Part shown: positions 26,896-39,911 of the stretch, piece after piece | Position numbering within the stretch: the stretch's first letter is position 1 | How the letters are laid out: each line of letters starts with the position of its first letter | NCBI RefSeq assembly: GCF_964204865.1 | Contig: NC_135253.1 | Location: 13,764,001-13,828,000 of the forward strand | Source of the DNA: Styela clava | Taxonomy: Eukaryota | DNA length: 64,000 nucleotides | Reading direction: 5' to 3' | Translations under genes and position numbers: made by a program | The notes under the pieces: model-generated | The model's database searches: none | What the model was told of the DNA's origin: nothing | What the model saw: the letters and a program-made list of their open reading frames with translations, nothing else

Positions 26896-27676
26896 ATGGC
26901 TATATTTATAACTGTCAGGCATGGCGAAAATATAAGTAATATTTTCAATCCTGATTGTTATATCGTTAACTTCATAGCCTGCATCAGAAAGAAATGCGGA
27001 ATTCAGGAAGATATGATAGTGGACCTCACCGATGAACAAGGTATTCTTTTTAAAATTACGCGTGACTATTATTACAAATATATATTTATATATCACTGCC
27101 CGAACTCTATCACATCACATATTTGTTATAGGGCTGCTGATTGACGTTTTATCAAGGCATGGATTTGATCGTGCATCAAATTACGTATCTCCGTTTGGCA
27201 CTTACATTCTTGTCGAAAAAGTTCCGGTAAACTTGGGCATGAGTCGAGTGGTGAGAGGATTGCCTTCAGTTCCCGACACACTTTTTGAAGCAGAGGTTAA
27301 AGAAAGAAAGACTAAGAATATTCGGATAATAAAGACTGATTTTCAATACCAATACGTTCCTCTGCTAAAATGTATTTCAGATGAGTATCCCGAATATAGT
27401 ATACACGTTGACGTCGAGAACAAGCCTACGATGCGCAAAAAAGGTGAGATTTTCGAATTTGGTCTTCGAGTGTTTCATCAGAATAATTCTTTGATTTGAA
27501 CTGGTTGAGAAAAACAATTCATACGCAGCGCTCTCAAGCCAGATTATTTTCCAGATGCTTCAACAGGTCGTCGATGGTCTGGTGCCAGCGCCACCTCAAG
27601 ACAACAGAGGAGACCTCTCGCTTCAAACAGTGGACGAAGAACCAGTAGATCCAACAGCAGAAGACCCCTTAAGTAA
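26896..27676 (+). CDS. CXorf65/C22orf15-family protein (192 aa)
   Basis: Exons 26896-27040, 27132-27443, 27555-27676 in frame; N-terminus MAIFITVRHGE..FNPDC..VNFIACIRKKCGI...VDLTDEQG typical of the family; basic Ser/Arg tail. Confidence 0.75.
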
Positions 27677-27812
27677 CCTGTGCAGTTTCAGCCTATCAAA
27701 ACGAAACACTGTCGGTTTAAAAGTCGGATATTCTTAATAATGGGATCCCCTACTGAGATTTTTGAAAAATATATATATACGTCAATATTGTATCCCTAAC
27801 CGTATAATGGCT

Positions 27813-27838
27813 CAATGAGCATGTATATATGCTCATTG
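27813..27838. mobile_element. Micro hairpin with 7-bp TSD (P-element-like footprint)
   Basis: AATGGCT|CAATGAGCAT-GTATAT-ATGCTCATTG|AATGGCT. Confidence 0.6.
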
Positions 27839-27850
27839 AATGGCTTGACT

Positions 27851-28321
27851 ATGGACCTTTGACCCTCGGAAAATTCTCCCTATACTTTACCTTTGCAAAA
27901 TTGTCAGAGCTATTTTAAGAGTGCTTTTGCAAGTAGGCGCTTGTAAAATGCAGTATGAGGGTCAAACCATCATTATGATTCATCGCATACAACAATCTGT
28001 TTTTTAAAAGTACCGGTAAAGAATTTCAGGCTAGTCTATCACAGCTATTTCTACACTAATTTTTATTACTGCAATTAAATTAAAACTCCAAGAAAGACAG
28101 AGTGATCATTGAATTATCTGATTTTTATTTCCCAAAAGTTTAAGTTCCCAAAACACAACTGAAAACTAACGAATAGAGTTCAAAAACGCGAAAACGAGGC
28201 AATGTTTACAATCACGCTTGAAAATCTGTCTGAGTGAGAAAAGTGTCTGAGCGGATGCGAAAAGGGGGCATTGTTACGTCACGAGGTAAACAAGGAAGTC
28301 GATGCTCGGGGAAAGGTCCAT
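27851..28321. mobile_element. MITE (ATGGACCTTT...AAAGGTCCAT family)
   Basis: Homologous to 40346-40848 and its partial repeat 40850-41143. Confidence 0.75.
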
Positions 28322-28548
28322 TGCAGTGGCTTATTTGACAAATCCTTGAAGGTATCCTTGGAGATATTCTTCATCCTATTTCAATTAAACTTGTCCTATT
28401 CGCGGCCCATAAAAGTGCAAGGAATTGGTAAACAGTTTAATACAAAACAAACACTTTCATTGTGGAAACACATTGATCAGTATTTGTCATCTATCGAACT
28501 GAAACAAGCAAACCACCAAAAACTTACTAAAACCTGCAAAAGTCTTTC

Positions 28549-28785
28549 GGTGCTCCCGAAGTATGCGAACCAAGATGGCGGACATCGGAACTTAACATGG
28601 GTAACAGGTTAGGGTTAGGCGATAATTTTTTTTCCAATTTTCCTTATTTTAGTCCTATTATCAGTTCGAAGACTAGCCAAAAGCCTACCGTAGTATTTAT
28701 ACCTAAAATTATGGCCTAACCCTAACCTAGTACACATATTACATTCTGATGTCCGCCATCTTGGTTCGCATACTTCGGGAGCCCC
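28549..28785. mobile_element. Merlin-type MITE
   Basis: TIR GGTGCTCCCGAAGTATGCGAACCAAGATGGCGGACATC; 8-bp TSD AGTCTTTC; near-identical reverse copy at 62785-63020. Confidence 0.85.
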
Positions 28786-29336
28786 AGTCTTTCTATATAT
28801 ATATTTACTTTTAGTGTCAGCTTTCAAACGGACAAAGTGATTCCGCAAATCGAGGGTAATTACTAATATGAGCAGCATTTTTGTAATTCTGTTTAGGCTG
28901 GTTGCAGAAAAAAAACACCCAACAATAATTATATTGTTAGACCATGACATTAATATTTAGTTATCAGGCAGAGGCAGCATAATCAACCTAAGCTTATAGA
29001 ATCCGCACTCAATTTCAAGTTCTCTACGACACCAAAATTGCTAGCATATATTCTCGATCAAAACGATAGAAAGCCAGATAACATCAAGACTGCCAAGAAC
29101 ATCATTCAACTTCGCTAGTTGCCCCAGCCTGCCATAACATTAGCCAATTTAGTGACACAAGTGGTGTAACAATATGTCAAAAGATTATTCCAGTTAATTT
29201 TGTGACGAAACAACACTAAATGCGATTTTTTGATTACTCTTCGAATGCGACGCGGGCCACAGGCCTGGGTTTAGGTCATTAGGACAGCACACTCGTATAG
29301 AATCGGCAATATCAGACTTCTGATGGTGGAATTGGG

Positions 29337-29380
29337 CAATGACATTAAACAATTAATTTTAACAATGTTTAATGTCATTG
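29337..29380. mobile_element. Micro hairpin with 7-bp TSD (P-element-like footprint)
   Basis: AATTGGG|CAATGACATTAAACA-14 nt-TGTTTAATGTCATTG|AATTGGG. Confidence 0.65.
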
Positions 29381-30891
29381 AATTGGGTAAGTGGTTTCAA
29401 CAGTTTATTAAAGAAAGCTTCCAAGGCCATTATCAAACTTTTATTCCCTGCCTATTTTAAAGGCCGGCGTCGAAAGTTCCATTAAATTAGAGTTGGGGTC
29501 AAAATTATAATCAACTCGAATAGGCAGTCGTTAGTAAATGTCGACAGAGTTTGCAATGGGTCAAAAATCCGAGTCAACATTTGAATGGGCTAATTAGCTT
29601 CAGCATCCCCGTAGTTTCACTCACATTTATTCAATAAATAGATATGTCGCAGCATTCAAAAGTTGTAACAATCTCGGGTCGGCACACTTTGTAAAATCTA
29701 CCGAATAGTCATCACAGTTAAAACTACGAATTACATAGACATATATACAAACATATAACAACGAAATGACTTCGTTCGAAAAAATGTACATTTTGTTCGT
29801 CAAAATACGCAGAATTAAAGAAGCAACGGCGATGATTGGATTCATCAGTCGCTAAACTAAGCAACAAGTCTTCACCGTCCGTTGTAGAGGACTGAAACGA
29901 GATATGCCCAAAAATCACACGGACGTGTTAAGGCTTTCGCAAGTTTTGTTTTTCAATCTAAATTTTTATTGATAACAGAAGACACTCCACATGATGCCCA
30001 AAGCTGCGCTGGTGTTCTGAATGACAAAAAGTTGCAAGATTTATTTAAATTCGGCTACGCTAACCACCTTGACAAACCATTGTTTATCACCTGTGATAAG
30101 TGCAAAGGCCGCATTGATCGGCTTTTATCACAGAAGATCCACCAATATGACGTTTCATTAACTTCCTGTGATTAACGAGAATCGTGCGAGTGTGGTGGTT
30201 GACGCATGTAAGCATACAGTTTTAGACATCATCTTGCCCGATGTCAATATGGGTTTGCATTCAACAGATTTATCTGGCCCATGGTTTTTTAGACGCTTTT
30301 CCGGCCGGGTACAAATAATATGAAGAATCCTACCATAAAACTGGACATGAATTAAAACATGTTTCACTGCATCATATTTCATGCGAAAATTGGTCAAAAA
30401 ATAAGTTTGTTGAATACAAACGAAATTTGATATAATTGAAGTTCTCCCTGCATATGCACAAATAAAATATAATTCGCTGATTGACAGACCTCAATTATTG
30501 GATACCTTAATATTTGAATGTGATAAAACTGATTTATCGCATTTATTGTCTGTCAAACATGGGTTCAAATGATTAGATTTCCCGAGCATGGTACGGATTC
30601 CATAATGCTACCGCTTTTGTGGCATTATATCTTTCACAGTCATTTTGGGTCCCCCCTTAAGACATGCACAATATTTCTGGACAGTCTGCAATACCGCAGC
30701 CACCCTTTTGGTGAATTTCGAAAAATTCCAATCTATAAAAATCTTTCTTAGTTCCGTGAATTTGACATCAAGATTCTATTTTGCTGGGTCTTGCCGTGAA
30801 AGATAGACACAGATGACCCTGTTGACCGAAAACTTTCTCGGTTTTCCAATGATGCCAGAGAAAGCAATATAGCTTGGAATCAACTTTCCGA

Positions 30892-33800
30892 TCACGGATG
30901 ACCTACATGATATGCCCGAGATTGTAGTGCGAGCTGTTGTTGAAGAGCTTCACGCTGAACCTTCCTTTGCAATCTGATTGCTTTGTCTTTGCAATTTTGA
31001 CTGATGACCATTCGAATGTCAGTGGGAGATGTACCAGGAAAACGCATTATTGCTTGTTCTATAACATAAAAGATAAAAAATTATCATCCTGAATACATGG
31101 CAAAGTCAACAAATTTGTACAGGATACTTCCGTAGGATAGGTTTTACATATTTCCTATCTATTTTTGAATGTAACATTTCACTGATGTTTTGATGTGCAA
31201 AATTTTTTATTCAAACATGATTATATATTTTGTTGGGCAGGCATATTTCATTCACAAAAGTTGGTGGAGCATACCATGCATAAGAATAATGACTAAAAAT
31301 TGAGCTTAAACAAAGATGAGATAGCTTAGTTACAAACAATTTAAGTCAATTTATTTTCTAATATTCATTTCAATTGTTATTGGTTATGTTAATGGAATTA
31401 AATTATTATAAATAATTTGCTCAGAGAAATGCAAGAAGACTCATCTATTAGCAATCAAAACTGCCACATTTACTGAAACTATATATATTTATTAAATTGA
31501 ATTAACATGCAGTATACGCCAACAAAAGAAAACATTTCAAACATGACTAATAAAATATTTCCTTCATATCAAAATTACTGGTCACATCACAATCTGAAAT
31601 GAGTTATGAGTGTATCAAAAATACTCACGAACAATGAGATTCACAGTATCTTCATCGAGTTTTTCTTTTTCTTGATCACCTTTGCTTTTTCCAGTCAATG
31701 TACTGCTGGCTAGTTCTTCTCGATCAAAGAGAACATTCAGCAATTTATTTGTGAGTTTCTTATAATTGGTTGATTCTTGAACTATCATTTGTATCTCGTG
31801 AGCCATTCCAATTAGACGACACTTTCAATAAAAAGTATAACAGTTATATATCTCACGGTTCATCAACAAACAATCGAATCAGTCGTTTGGCTAACCATTT
31901 AATTGAGATATGTAAATTTCCTATTTACAATATGGGCATGGCACATGCGAACTCATTAGCCTCTATAAATTGATTGAACTACGATAATCAGGTTTTTCCT
32001 TCAACTAGTTATTCATTCAAACCAAAATTATGCATTTGATATACCCTATTATCCTTTGGTTGACGAGAGATTGCCAAAAAATATCGATTTCCAGAGGTCC
32101 GATGGATGCAAACTAATAATAATTTCAATTCTTGATGATGACCTTGGTTGTCCATTCTCTGACACATCAACCACAGGAATTTTCACCTGTATAACTCAGT
32201 GTGAAGTAATCATTAGCATGACGACATGCTTGTTTCCAATTGTCAGCAAAATGTACTACCACACAGTTAAATGTAGGAATTTATTTCATAAAAAAACAAC
32301 TCACATTCGCCGCATTCGGAACAAGGCTTTGATCTTGGCAATTATTATCAGTGACAACTTCAGGTGAAGAAATATATTCTGACTGTACCGAAGTCGAAGC
32401 CTCAAATTGTCCATTCTGATGTAAAATATTTATAGTAAATATCAAAACTGTGGGGCACATATCTCAACTGGGGTTCCACGAGGCCCTGGAGTTCTGACCG
32501 TCCAGTTTAGGGGTCATGCAAATTTCAACTCATTTCCGGAGTCAATATTAATACATGTATATTGTTTAAATATAATCAAGTTGAAGATTGAATCAGCTTC
32601 CTATACTAAAATTAACTTTAAACTCATGTTTAAGTAAAAACAATTCAATGAATGGATGAATGAATTTTTCAGAATTGATTATGGTGATGTTTGAAGTAGG
32701 CTACTAAAACACTTTTTACTTCAATATTGAATAGACAAATATGAATTTAATTTTTGCATTGCGCCAATCCTAATATATTGTAAAAATATTGTCTATGAGC
32801 CAGTGTAAATTTAGGGCAGGTTAAAAGGCTCTTAATTCCAAACAGTGAGCTTATGGAGTGTTCGAAACAAATTATTTTTACAAATATATTTATTCTAGCA
32901 AATAAATAATGAAATGCAATATTTACAAGCATTAAAATCATAGAGCTACGTATATGCAAATTTGTTCAGAATCTAATTAAAACAATATTTTCCATTAAAA
33001 ATGAGCATGATATGAAATAAAACTGAAATTTGAACCTGAAGACTTTGTAGCACCCCCGACTCATCAAATATCTTTTCCGATTTAATTGTTGAAGCTACAT
33101 TGTAAAAATGTGAACTTTGTGGAGAATGAGATTCTTCACTCGATAATATATCAGAACATAATTCGGGTGTTCTCTGAATTAACATATAACAAACAAGAAA
33201 GTTATTTTTATCCAGATCACAATAGGGAAAATTTTTTTCCCAAGATTTGGCCTACCATATAAGTGCAAATGACAAAAGAAGCATAAGGAGAAGTGTGCAC
33301 AAGACTGTTACTGATTTTGTCTCAGGAACAGTGAAAAAAGTTATTGGTTGAAAAACATTAGCTTTTTCATAGTGGTACTTTTACAATTAACAGTATAGCA
33401 CACTTTTTATACTTACGAACGAAAGGAGGAGAATACAAGCGCACTCAAGACTTACTGATTCTGTCCCAGGAATGGTAAAAAAATTATGGTTGAATAACAT
33501 CAGCTTTTACAAGTAAAGAGTATGGCGCACTTTTTATCCTTACGAGTGCGAGGAGGACAAATAGACTAGAAGTCCTCGAAATTCATGTCCATGTTCAAGT
33601 AGGATTACAATTTGAAAGGAAAGGCTTAATATTGGCTGACTATCTGGGCAATTAAATACCTGTAAATGTTATTGGTTAATGTGTATAAGAAAAGTCATTT
33701 TTACAATCAATATAGGCAATTCTGTTGGGCAATACTGTTAAGAAGGCACAGCGCAAAACTATTCCGATATGTTGCTATATCTCTTGGTTCAGCAATGATA

Positions 33801-35475
33801 AAAAAAACTTACAGATGTGGTAGAGGTAACATCATTCACAATTGATTCACCCTGAATAGGCAAAGGTTGCCAGGATTGTTGGTTACTGCTTAATGAATTC
33901 AATTGTTGGTTTCCTTGGGGAGATGAATTTCTTCTTCTCAGTGCAATATCATTCATCCGAAGCTGAGCTTCTAAACTTTCTGATATAGTTTCTCTTACTG
34001 CATTCAACAGACCTGTACAGGGTATACATGAATTACAGCTTTCAAATGATTCACTTACACATTATGTAACAATATTGATTTAGGATGGACAACCTGTGTC
34101 CTATATTTCTGCACATAATTATTAAAAACAGAATTTAAACAGCATTTCATAAAATTGATATCCAATTTCTATACAGTATAAAAGCTATAGTCTCGACGAA
34201 AACAGTAGTTCCAAAACTAAACTTCACGATATTTTTAATTACATAATAGATCCTTTGGTGTTGCTGCTCGATATTTTGTGTAGACTTTTTTACTGGTTGG
34301 GAAAAATAAACAACTTGGTGCATTCAATAATATATCCTTCAAAAACACCGACACTTCATTTCCTCAATGGTTTATAAAATTAAGAAAATTCGATCATTAT
34401 ATTTTAGTTACAACTAACCACATTGCAGGTTATAATTAAGTGCTTCTAACTGCTTCACTCTTCTTTCAAGATATTGATTTCTTTCAATTAGTTCTTGTCT
34501 ACTTTTTGTACTAGATTTGTGTTCATCTACTGCTAGTTTTTGTACAGAAGACGTGCACTGCTTTTTGCTCTGAATAGTTTATACAAAGTGTTGGATAAAT
34601 GTACAAGTCAAATTCCTCTTGATATTGTAATGTTTGGGAGGCAAGCATAAAAGAAATATTTGCTTACTAAAATAGCTCGATTCAAAAATTTTTGATCAGG
34701 TATCCATAAAAATATCTCAAAAAAATTAAAATTACAACATTCGAATCTAATCAAAAATACTGATTATTGCAACAATTTTTTCACATCTTCGAAATATTAT
34801 TTCTACAAAGACTGCATATCTAATACAAATAAAGTCAAATCCTAAGATTTTCTGGCTCCAGAACTTATGTAGTATTATACTCAAACCAACTTTCAAAAAG
34901 ATCTCACTTGTATTGATGTACATTGATCATTGTCTTTTCTCTTCATGGCACAAGTCATTATTTGAACAAGTTGTGAAGCACTTATATTGAGAAGAGGTTC
35001 CTGAAAATACAATAAAAATATTTATTTTTAAAGTCTTTTCACATATAACATAAGTAGTAAACACGAGAATATCGGTCGGAGACCGAAGACTTATCGATCT
35101 TAGATCGGTAATTAGTTAATAACTCGCTAATTATACGACATAATTAACCCAAAATCTATAGGCTACTGGTCCGAGGTAAGATGCATGCACATGCAAAATT
35201 TGGAGCAGATTCAACCACGCGTTCGTGAGATATCGCGTTCATCTAACAGACACACACACACACAGACAGACAGACACACAGACAGACATACAAATACCTA
35301 TCAATATACTTACCGATCTTAAGATCGATAAGTAATAAGTTATTACAGAAGAGAATAGTAGCCTATACATAAAAATTGAATTCTACAAACAGGCAGAAAC
35401 GAAGTGAAAAGTGAAATAAATATTAACCTGGTGTGATGATTCTTCTGCACATGGAGAGTCTTCATTAGAGTCCAT
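30892..35475 (-). CDS. Coiled-coil + C-terminal BEN-domain protein (BEND5/6-like architecture), multi-exon
   Basis: Starts MDSNEDSPCAEESSHQ at 35475; coiled-coil exon RQELIERNQYLERRVKQLEALNYNLQ; BEN domain LLNVLFDREELASSTLTGK...LDEDTVNLIV/QQAIMRFPGTSPTDIRMVISQNCKD over exons 31821-31629 and 31058-30892. Middle exons partly unresolved. Confidence 0.75.
35059..35336 (-). mobile_element. Helentron-associated HINE, copy 2
   Basis: Reverse homolog of 2087-2380 with (ACAG/AC)n microsatellite. Confidence 0.7.
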
Positions 35476-36138
35476 TTTGAAATAGGATAACGCTAAACTA
35501 TTACTAAAACATACAAATAGATCATTGATTGAAAAATTATGTACCAGATTATTGTTCGATTGCTGCTTGCAACATGAATTACACAAATTTTTCCTAAAAC
35601 GTTTTACAATAAACAATAGCCAGTATGAACCCCTTTAATGGACAAAAATCTGAATATTATATTTATGATATTTAGATAAGAAAAGCTATATTCAATATCA
35701 TCACTTTAAAATTTCCATTTTCCTCAACTAAATCATTATCAACAATACAAAGTTCAAAGCAAATCCTTATTTAAGTTACATTAAATGATTTCCGAGCATT
35801 CAACACAATAATCTGAATTTCATTCAACATTTCAAATTTTTTCAAGTCTTCTGTAATTTTATTAACAAAATTTCATAGAAAGACTGGCATATCATCTGCT
35901 TTCTTATTATTTTCCGAGTTTTGGATCAAGAAATTATTACTTGCTTTTTAGTTTTTTTTTAATTATCCAAAAAATTTAAAATATAACAATATTGATTCAT
36001 AAATGTAGAATTTGAAATGTTTTGGGATAGTAAATTACCCCTCCCTGATTGAATAATGTTATAATTTAGCAGCACAAATAGTCAAAACATAATTTTCACG
36101 ACAAATGGATCAGTGCTAAGAAATATCACATTCTACTC

Positions 36139-37011
36139 TAGTGGTTCCCAAACTTTTTGATATCGTTATCCCCAAATTAAATTACCAAAAGTTCAATTAC
36201 CCCTCTCATAAAAAATACAGTAGTCATATTGTTATCACTTTTTCTTTAATCAACAACGATGATGATATCAACACCACCTATTGCATCATCCGATTTTAAG
36301 ATGCTGAACTTGCACTAGTTCAGCATTTCAGCCTAAAATCTGTCAGCCGAAGTATTGGTATTATGTCTCTACGAAGTGCGTGACTAGTCACTAGATCAGA
36401 GTTTCCAAACTTTTTGGGCCGCGGACCCCTATTTTAATTTTGATGGACCCCCATCCTACGCCGTATCAAATTCTGTGCCTAACCAACGAGGAAGGATAAT
36501 GTTTCCTTTGACGAAATAAAACTCATGAATGTCTGATTCAATACATATTGAAGGTGTAATACTGGTAGACCAATGGCAATTCAATAAGATTATGATCTAT
36601 TTGCTACCCAATATCCGGACTGCCAGTACTAATTGAACACATGGACCTAATTTAATTGTGTATATAACTACAGTGTCACACAATTAAGTAAATTAGTTTG
36701 CGATTGCGTGAACTTTATCTCGTTTATGAATGTCTATGTGACAGTGTATATAATACAGTAAAATGTATATGTTTCAGACTCCTTTCATATCGTTGCGGAC
36801 CCCCTGTGCAGTCATCGCGGACCCAAGTTTGGGAAACCCTGCACTAGATGATTAGACTCATTGACTATAGATGTGAACATTGCATGTCCAGATTTCCCGC
36901 AGACTAGTCAAAAGTACGGGGTTACAAAAGGAATTGTGAACATCTGGATTACCCCCTAAAATTTCCAAATTACCCCTTTGGGGGTAATTACCCCCAGTTT
37001 GGGAACCACCG
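36139..37011. mobile_element. hAT MITE (outer element of a nested pair)
   Basis: TAGTGGTTCCCAAACT...AGTTTGGGAACCACCG; 8-bp TSD TTCTACTC. Confidence 0.85.
36397..36841. mobile_element. hAT MITE (inner element)
   Basis: CAGAGTTTCCAAACTT...AAGTTTGGGAAACCCTG; 8-bp TSD CACTAGAT. Confidence 0.85.
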
Positions 37012-37295
37012 TTCTACTCACTAAAATATGCGAAAATACCACACACTAATTATTTCAAATATTTCTACAGTCTACAATATATGATGGTTGCAGTCTATAA
37101 TTGGTTAACACAAGGTTGAAATTTATAACAAAGCAAGAAATGGGAACTTTGGTAAATAATTGACATGTTATATAAAAAAAAAAACGAATCAATTGGTTAT
37201 ATTCAACATAACTGAGTGAATGATTCATATAGCATTAAAAGTCAATCATTTCAAATCAGAACATTATCAACTGGGATCAAATTTAAAACTCAGTT

Positions 37296-39911
37296 TTACT
37301 CGGATTTTGCTGAAAGCCATTCTGATATGCTTTTTCCATCCCTTTTCCACCAGTCCAGCCTTCTGCGGATGTTTTCTAGAGATTGCTGTACTTTGCGTTC
37401 TGCTCCTATTGGTGGATTTTTCTCAAAAAAATCTTTGATTTCTGCAGCTTTCTGTTCAGAGCTGTAATTCTCTGTGGTCATTTGTACCAGTCGATTTATA
37501 AGAAAACTTCCTTTAAACATATCATGCAACTTTTCCCAGTTTTTCTTCACAAATTCCCATGTAATATCTCGACCAATGGGATTGCTGATAGCAGCTGACC
37601 CGATCATGAATACCTTATCATTTGAACGAACCTTGTCAGTCATAGCAAAATCCAAAACTTTGGTGATCAGTTCAGGTTTCTTGACAGATCCTACAGACCT
37701 CTCAATACGCTCTTTTTCTTCATGCAAATCCACTTTTTCATGGAGCTCTAAAAGTTTATCCAATTCACCAGGACCACCGTGAGACACAATCGTGCTATAA
37801 ACAGGTGATCGTAGGTCAGCAACTATACTGCTTTTCTGATTTAGATGATTTTCAAATCTCTTGTTAGCTTCAGCTATTGTTTTTTCACAACCAAATCGAC
37901 CAACACGGCGAATCATCAAGCTTCTCAGCATTGCAGTAAGATGACCTTCTCCAGATTGTGGATCCCAACCTAAAGTTGTATTTGTAGAATCATACAAGGA
38001 CAAGATATATTTTTTGAACTTATTTAAGGCATCTTCATCATTCCAAAGCAAAACTGACAGTGAACCGATATTCGCATCCAGATCACACCAAACAGAATAG
38101 TTGGTTTCGTTTTCATATGCCGATAAAGCATCAAGAAAATCTGTTGTCGGTGCAATACCTGATGCAGCTAAAGCGAACATGTCATTTTCAAACCCAAGAC
38201 GATCACGTTCGGGCAATGACTTATCTTTGATCGCTGGAAGAAGAAGTTCCAGAAGTTCATGACTGTATTGAACACGATAAAAACCATATGTGCCTGGGTT
38301 GGCTTTGATCCAACTTGTTTTTGCAACATTTTCTAGGGTAACTTCCATGGTTTCATCTTTCAGAAGAACATCTTTCACAGGTTTGCTGGGTGATTCGTAT
38401 GTCGAAAATGAAATAGGAATGGACCACATCGGTGACTTGCCATCTTTTATGGTTTTCTGATTTGCATAGAATTTCTTCTGTGACAATTTCAATGTGACTG
38501 AATTGTCAGTCCTAGATTTCACTGTCACACTCACAACAGGAAATCCCATTTGTCTTGTCCATGACCCCATAACATCTCTTACTGGCTTTCCACTCGCATC
38601 ACCGAGAGCATCCCAGAGATCTTCAGTAAATGCATTTTTGTATGCATGCTGCTTCAAATAGTTATGCATTCCTTTACGGAAGTTTTCATCTCCTATCCAG
38701 TTATGCAACATCCTGATCACAGAGGCACCTTTGCTGTATGAAATTGCATCAAATATTTCATCAATTTCCTCGGGATGACCAACTGGAACCTCAATTGGAT
38801 GACTGTTGTCCAAAGCATCCAAATCTATTCCTCGCATATAATCGTGCGATACAAACTGAGTCCAAATATCAAATTTCGGGTGACAATGATCTGTGGCCAA
38901 ATATTCCATGAAGGAAGCAAAACCCTCATTTAACCAAAGATGGGTCCACCATTCCATTGTAACCAGATTACCAAACCATTGATGAGCAAGCTCATGGCAA
39001 ACAACAAGTGAAACCCATTGTCGTGCATGTGCTGATGAGTTGTCTTCATCAATCAACAGAGCAGATTCTCTATAAGTAACCAGCCCCCAATTTTCCATAG
39101 CCCCAGCACAAAAATCAGCAATCGCAATCAGATCCATCTTCGGTAAAGGATAAGGTATGTTGAAATAATCTTCGTAATACGGCAGTGCTTTTACTGCAAC
39201 ATCTAGAGCAAACTGACCCTGTTTTTTTTTACCCAATGGAGTATAAACTCGAACAGGCAAACCTTTTGGCGTTTTGCCTTCAACAAAATCAAATTCTCCA
39301 ACAACAAAAGCAAGCAGGTACGTAGACATGATTGGAGTACGAGCATATTTAACTACTTTGAACTCCTTTTCAAAGTAATCTGCTTCCGAGATAACATTCA
39401 TGTTTGACAAAGCCACACGATCCTTGGGCACTACAAGTGTAACATCAAATGTGGCTTTCAGTGCAGGTTCATCCCAACATGGAAAACTCCTCCGTGCATC
39501 TGTTGCCTCAAATTGTGTCACAGCACCATAACGAGCTTCACCATCAACCATGTAGCGACTTCTATAAAAACCTTTCATTTTATCATTAAGCTCACCTTTG
39601 AAAAGGATGCTGAGAACTCCACTCCCCTGTGCGAGTGTACTGGCAAATTTGATAATAACTTTTTCTTGAGATTCATCAAATTCAATTGCAGATGACTCAA
39701 ATATTTTCATATCTTTTTGACAGTAAGTGACAGAAGATATTTTGATGTCCATGCTGTTCATGACAACCTCAGCTGTGGGCTCTTTTACATCAACCTCAAT
39801 ATCCACCTTCCCATCAAAAGTAAATTCTTCAATACAGGGCTTCAGCCATAAATTATAATTTATAGGCAACACATTTGTCGGGAGACGCGAAAATGGTTTT
39901 TTGGTAGCCAT
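37296..39911 (-). CDS. NPEPPS: Puromycin-sensitive aminopeptidase (M1 family), 871 aa, no CDS introns
   Basis: TQFEATDARRSFPCWDEP, GAMENWG, HELAHQWFGNLVTMEWW, WLNEGFA, FDAISYSKGAS; no signal peptide or TM segment. Confidence 0.95.
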   Translation of the reverse strand: MATKKPFSRLPTNVLPINYNLWLKPCIEEFTFDGKVDIEVDVKEPTAEVVMNSMDIKISSVTYCQKDMKIFESSAIEFDESQEKVIIKFASTLAQGSGVLSILFKGELNDKMKGFYRSRYMVDGEARYGAVTQFEATDARRSFPCWDEPALKATFDVTLVVPKDRVALSNMNVISEADYFEKEFKVVKYARTPIMSTYLLAFVVGEFDFVEGKTPKGLPVRVYTPLGKKKQGQFALDVAVKALPYYEDYFNIPYPLPKMDLIAIADFCAGAMENWGLVTYRESALLIDEDNSSAHARQWVSLVVCHELAHQWFGNLVTMEWWTHLWLNEGFASFMEYLATDHCHPKFDIWTQFVSHDYMRGIDLDALDNSHPIEVPVGHPEEIDEIFDAISYSKGASVIRMLHNWIGDENFRKGMHNYLKQHAYKNAFTEDLWDALGDASGKPVRDVMGSWTRQMGFPVVSVTVKSRTDNSVTLKLSQKKFYANQKTIKDGKSPMWSIPISFSTYESPSKPVKDVLLKDETMEVTLENVAKTSWIKANPGTYGFYRVQYSHELLELLLPAIKDKSLPERDRLGFENDMFALAASGIAPTTDFLDALSAYENETNYSVWCDLDANIGSLSVLLWNDEDALNKFKKYILSLYDSTNTTLGWDPQSGEGHLTAMLRSLMIRRVGRFGCEKTIAEANKRFENHLNQKSSIVADLRSPVYSTIVSHGGPGELDKLLELHEKVDLHEEKERIERSVGSVKKPELITKVLDFAMTDKVRSNDKVFMIGSAAISNPIGRDITWEFVKKNWEKLHDMFKGSFLINRLVQMTTENYSSEQKAAEIKDFFEKNPPIGAERKVQQSLENIRRRLDWWKRDGKSISEWLSAKSE

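Noticed and set aside
29627-30751. Cluster of short ORFs with PHD-like WIFCDK fragment
   Set aside because: Interrupted by stops and no coherent domain; at best an unidentifiable relic.
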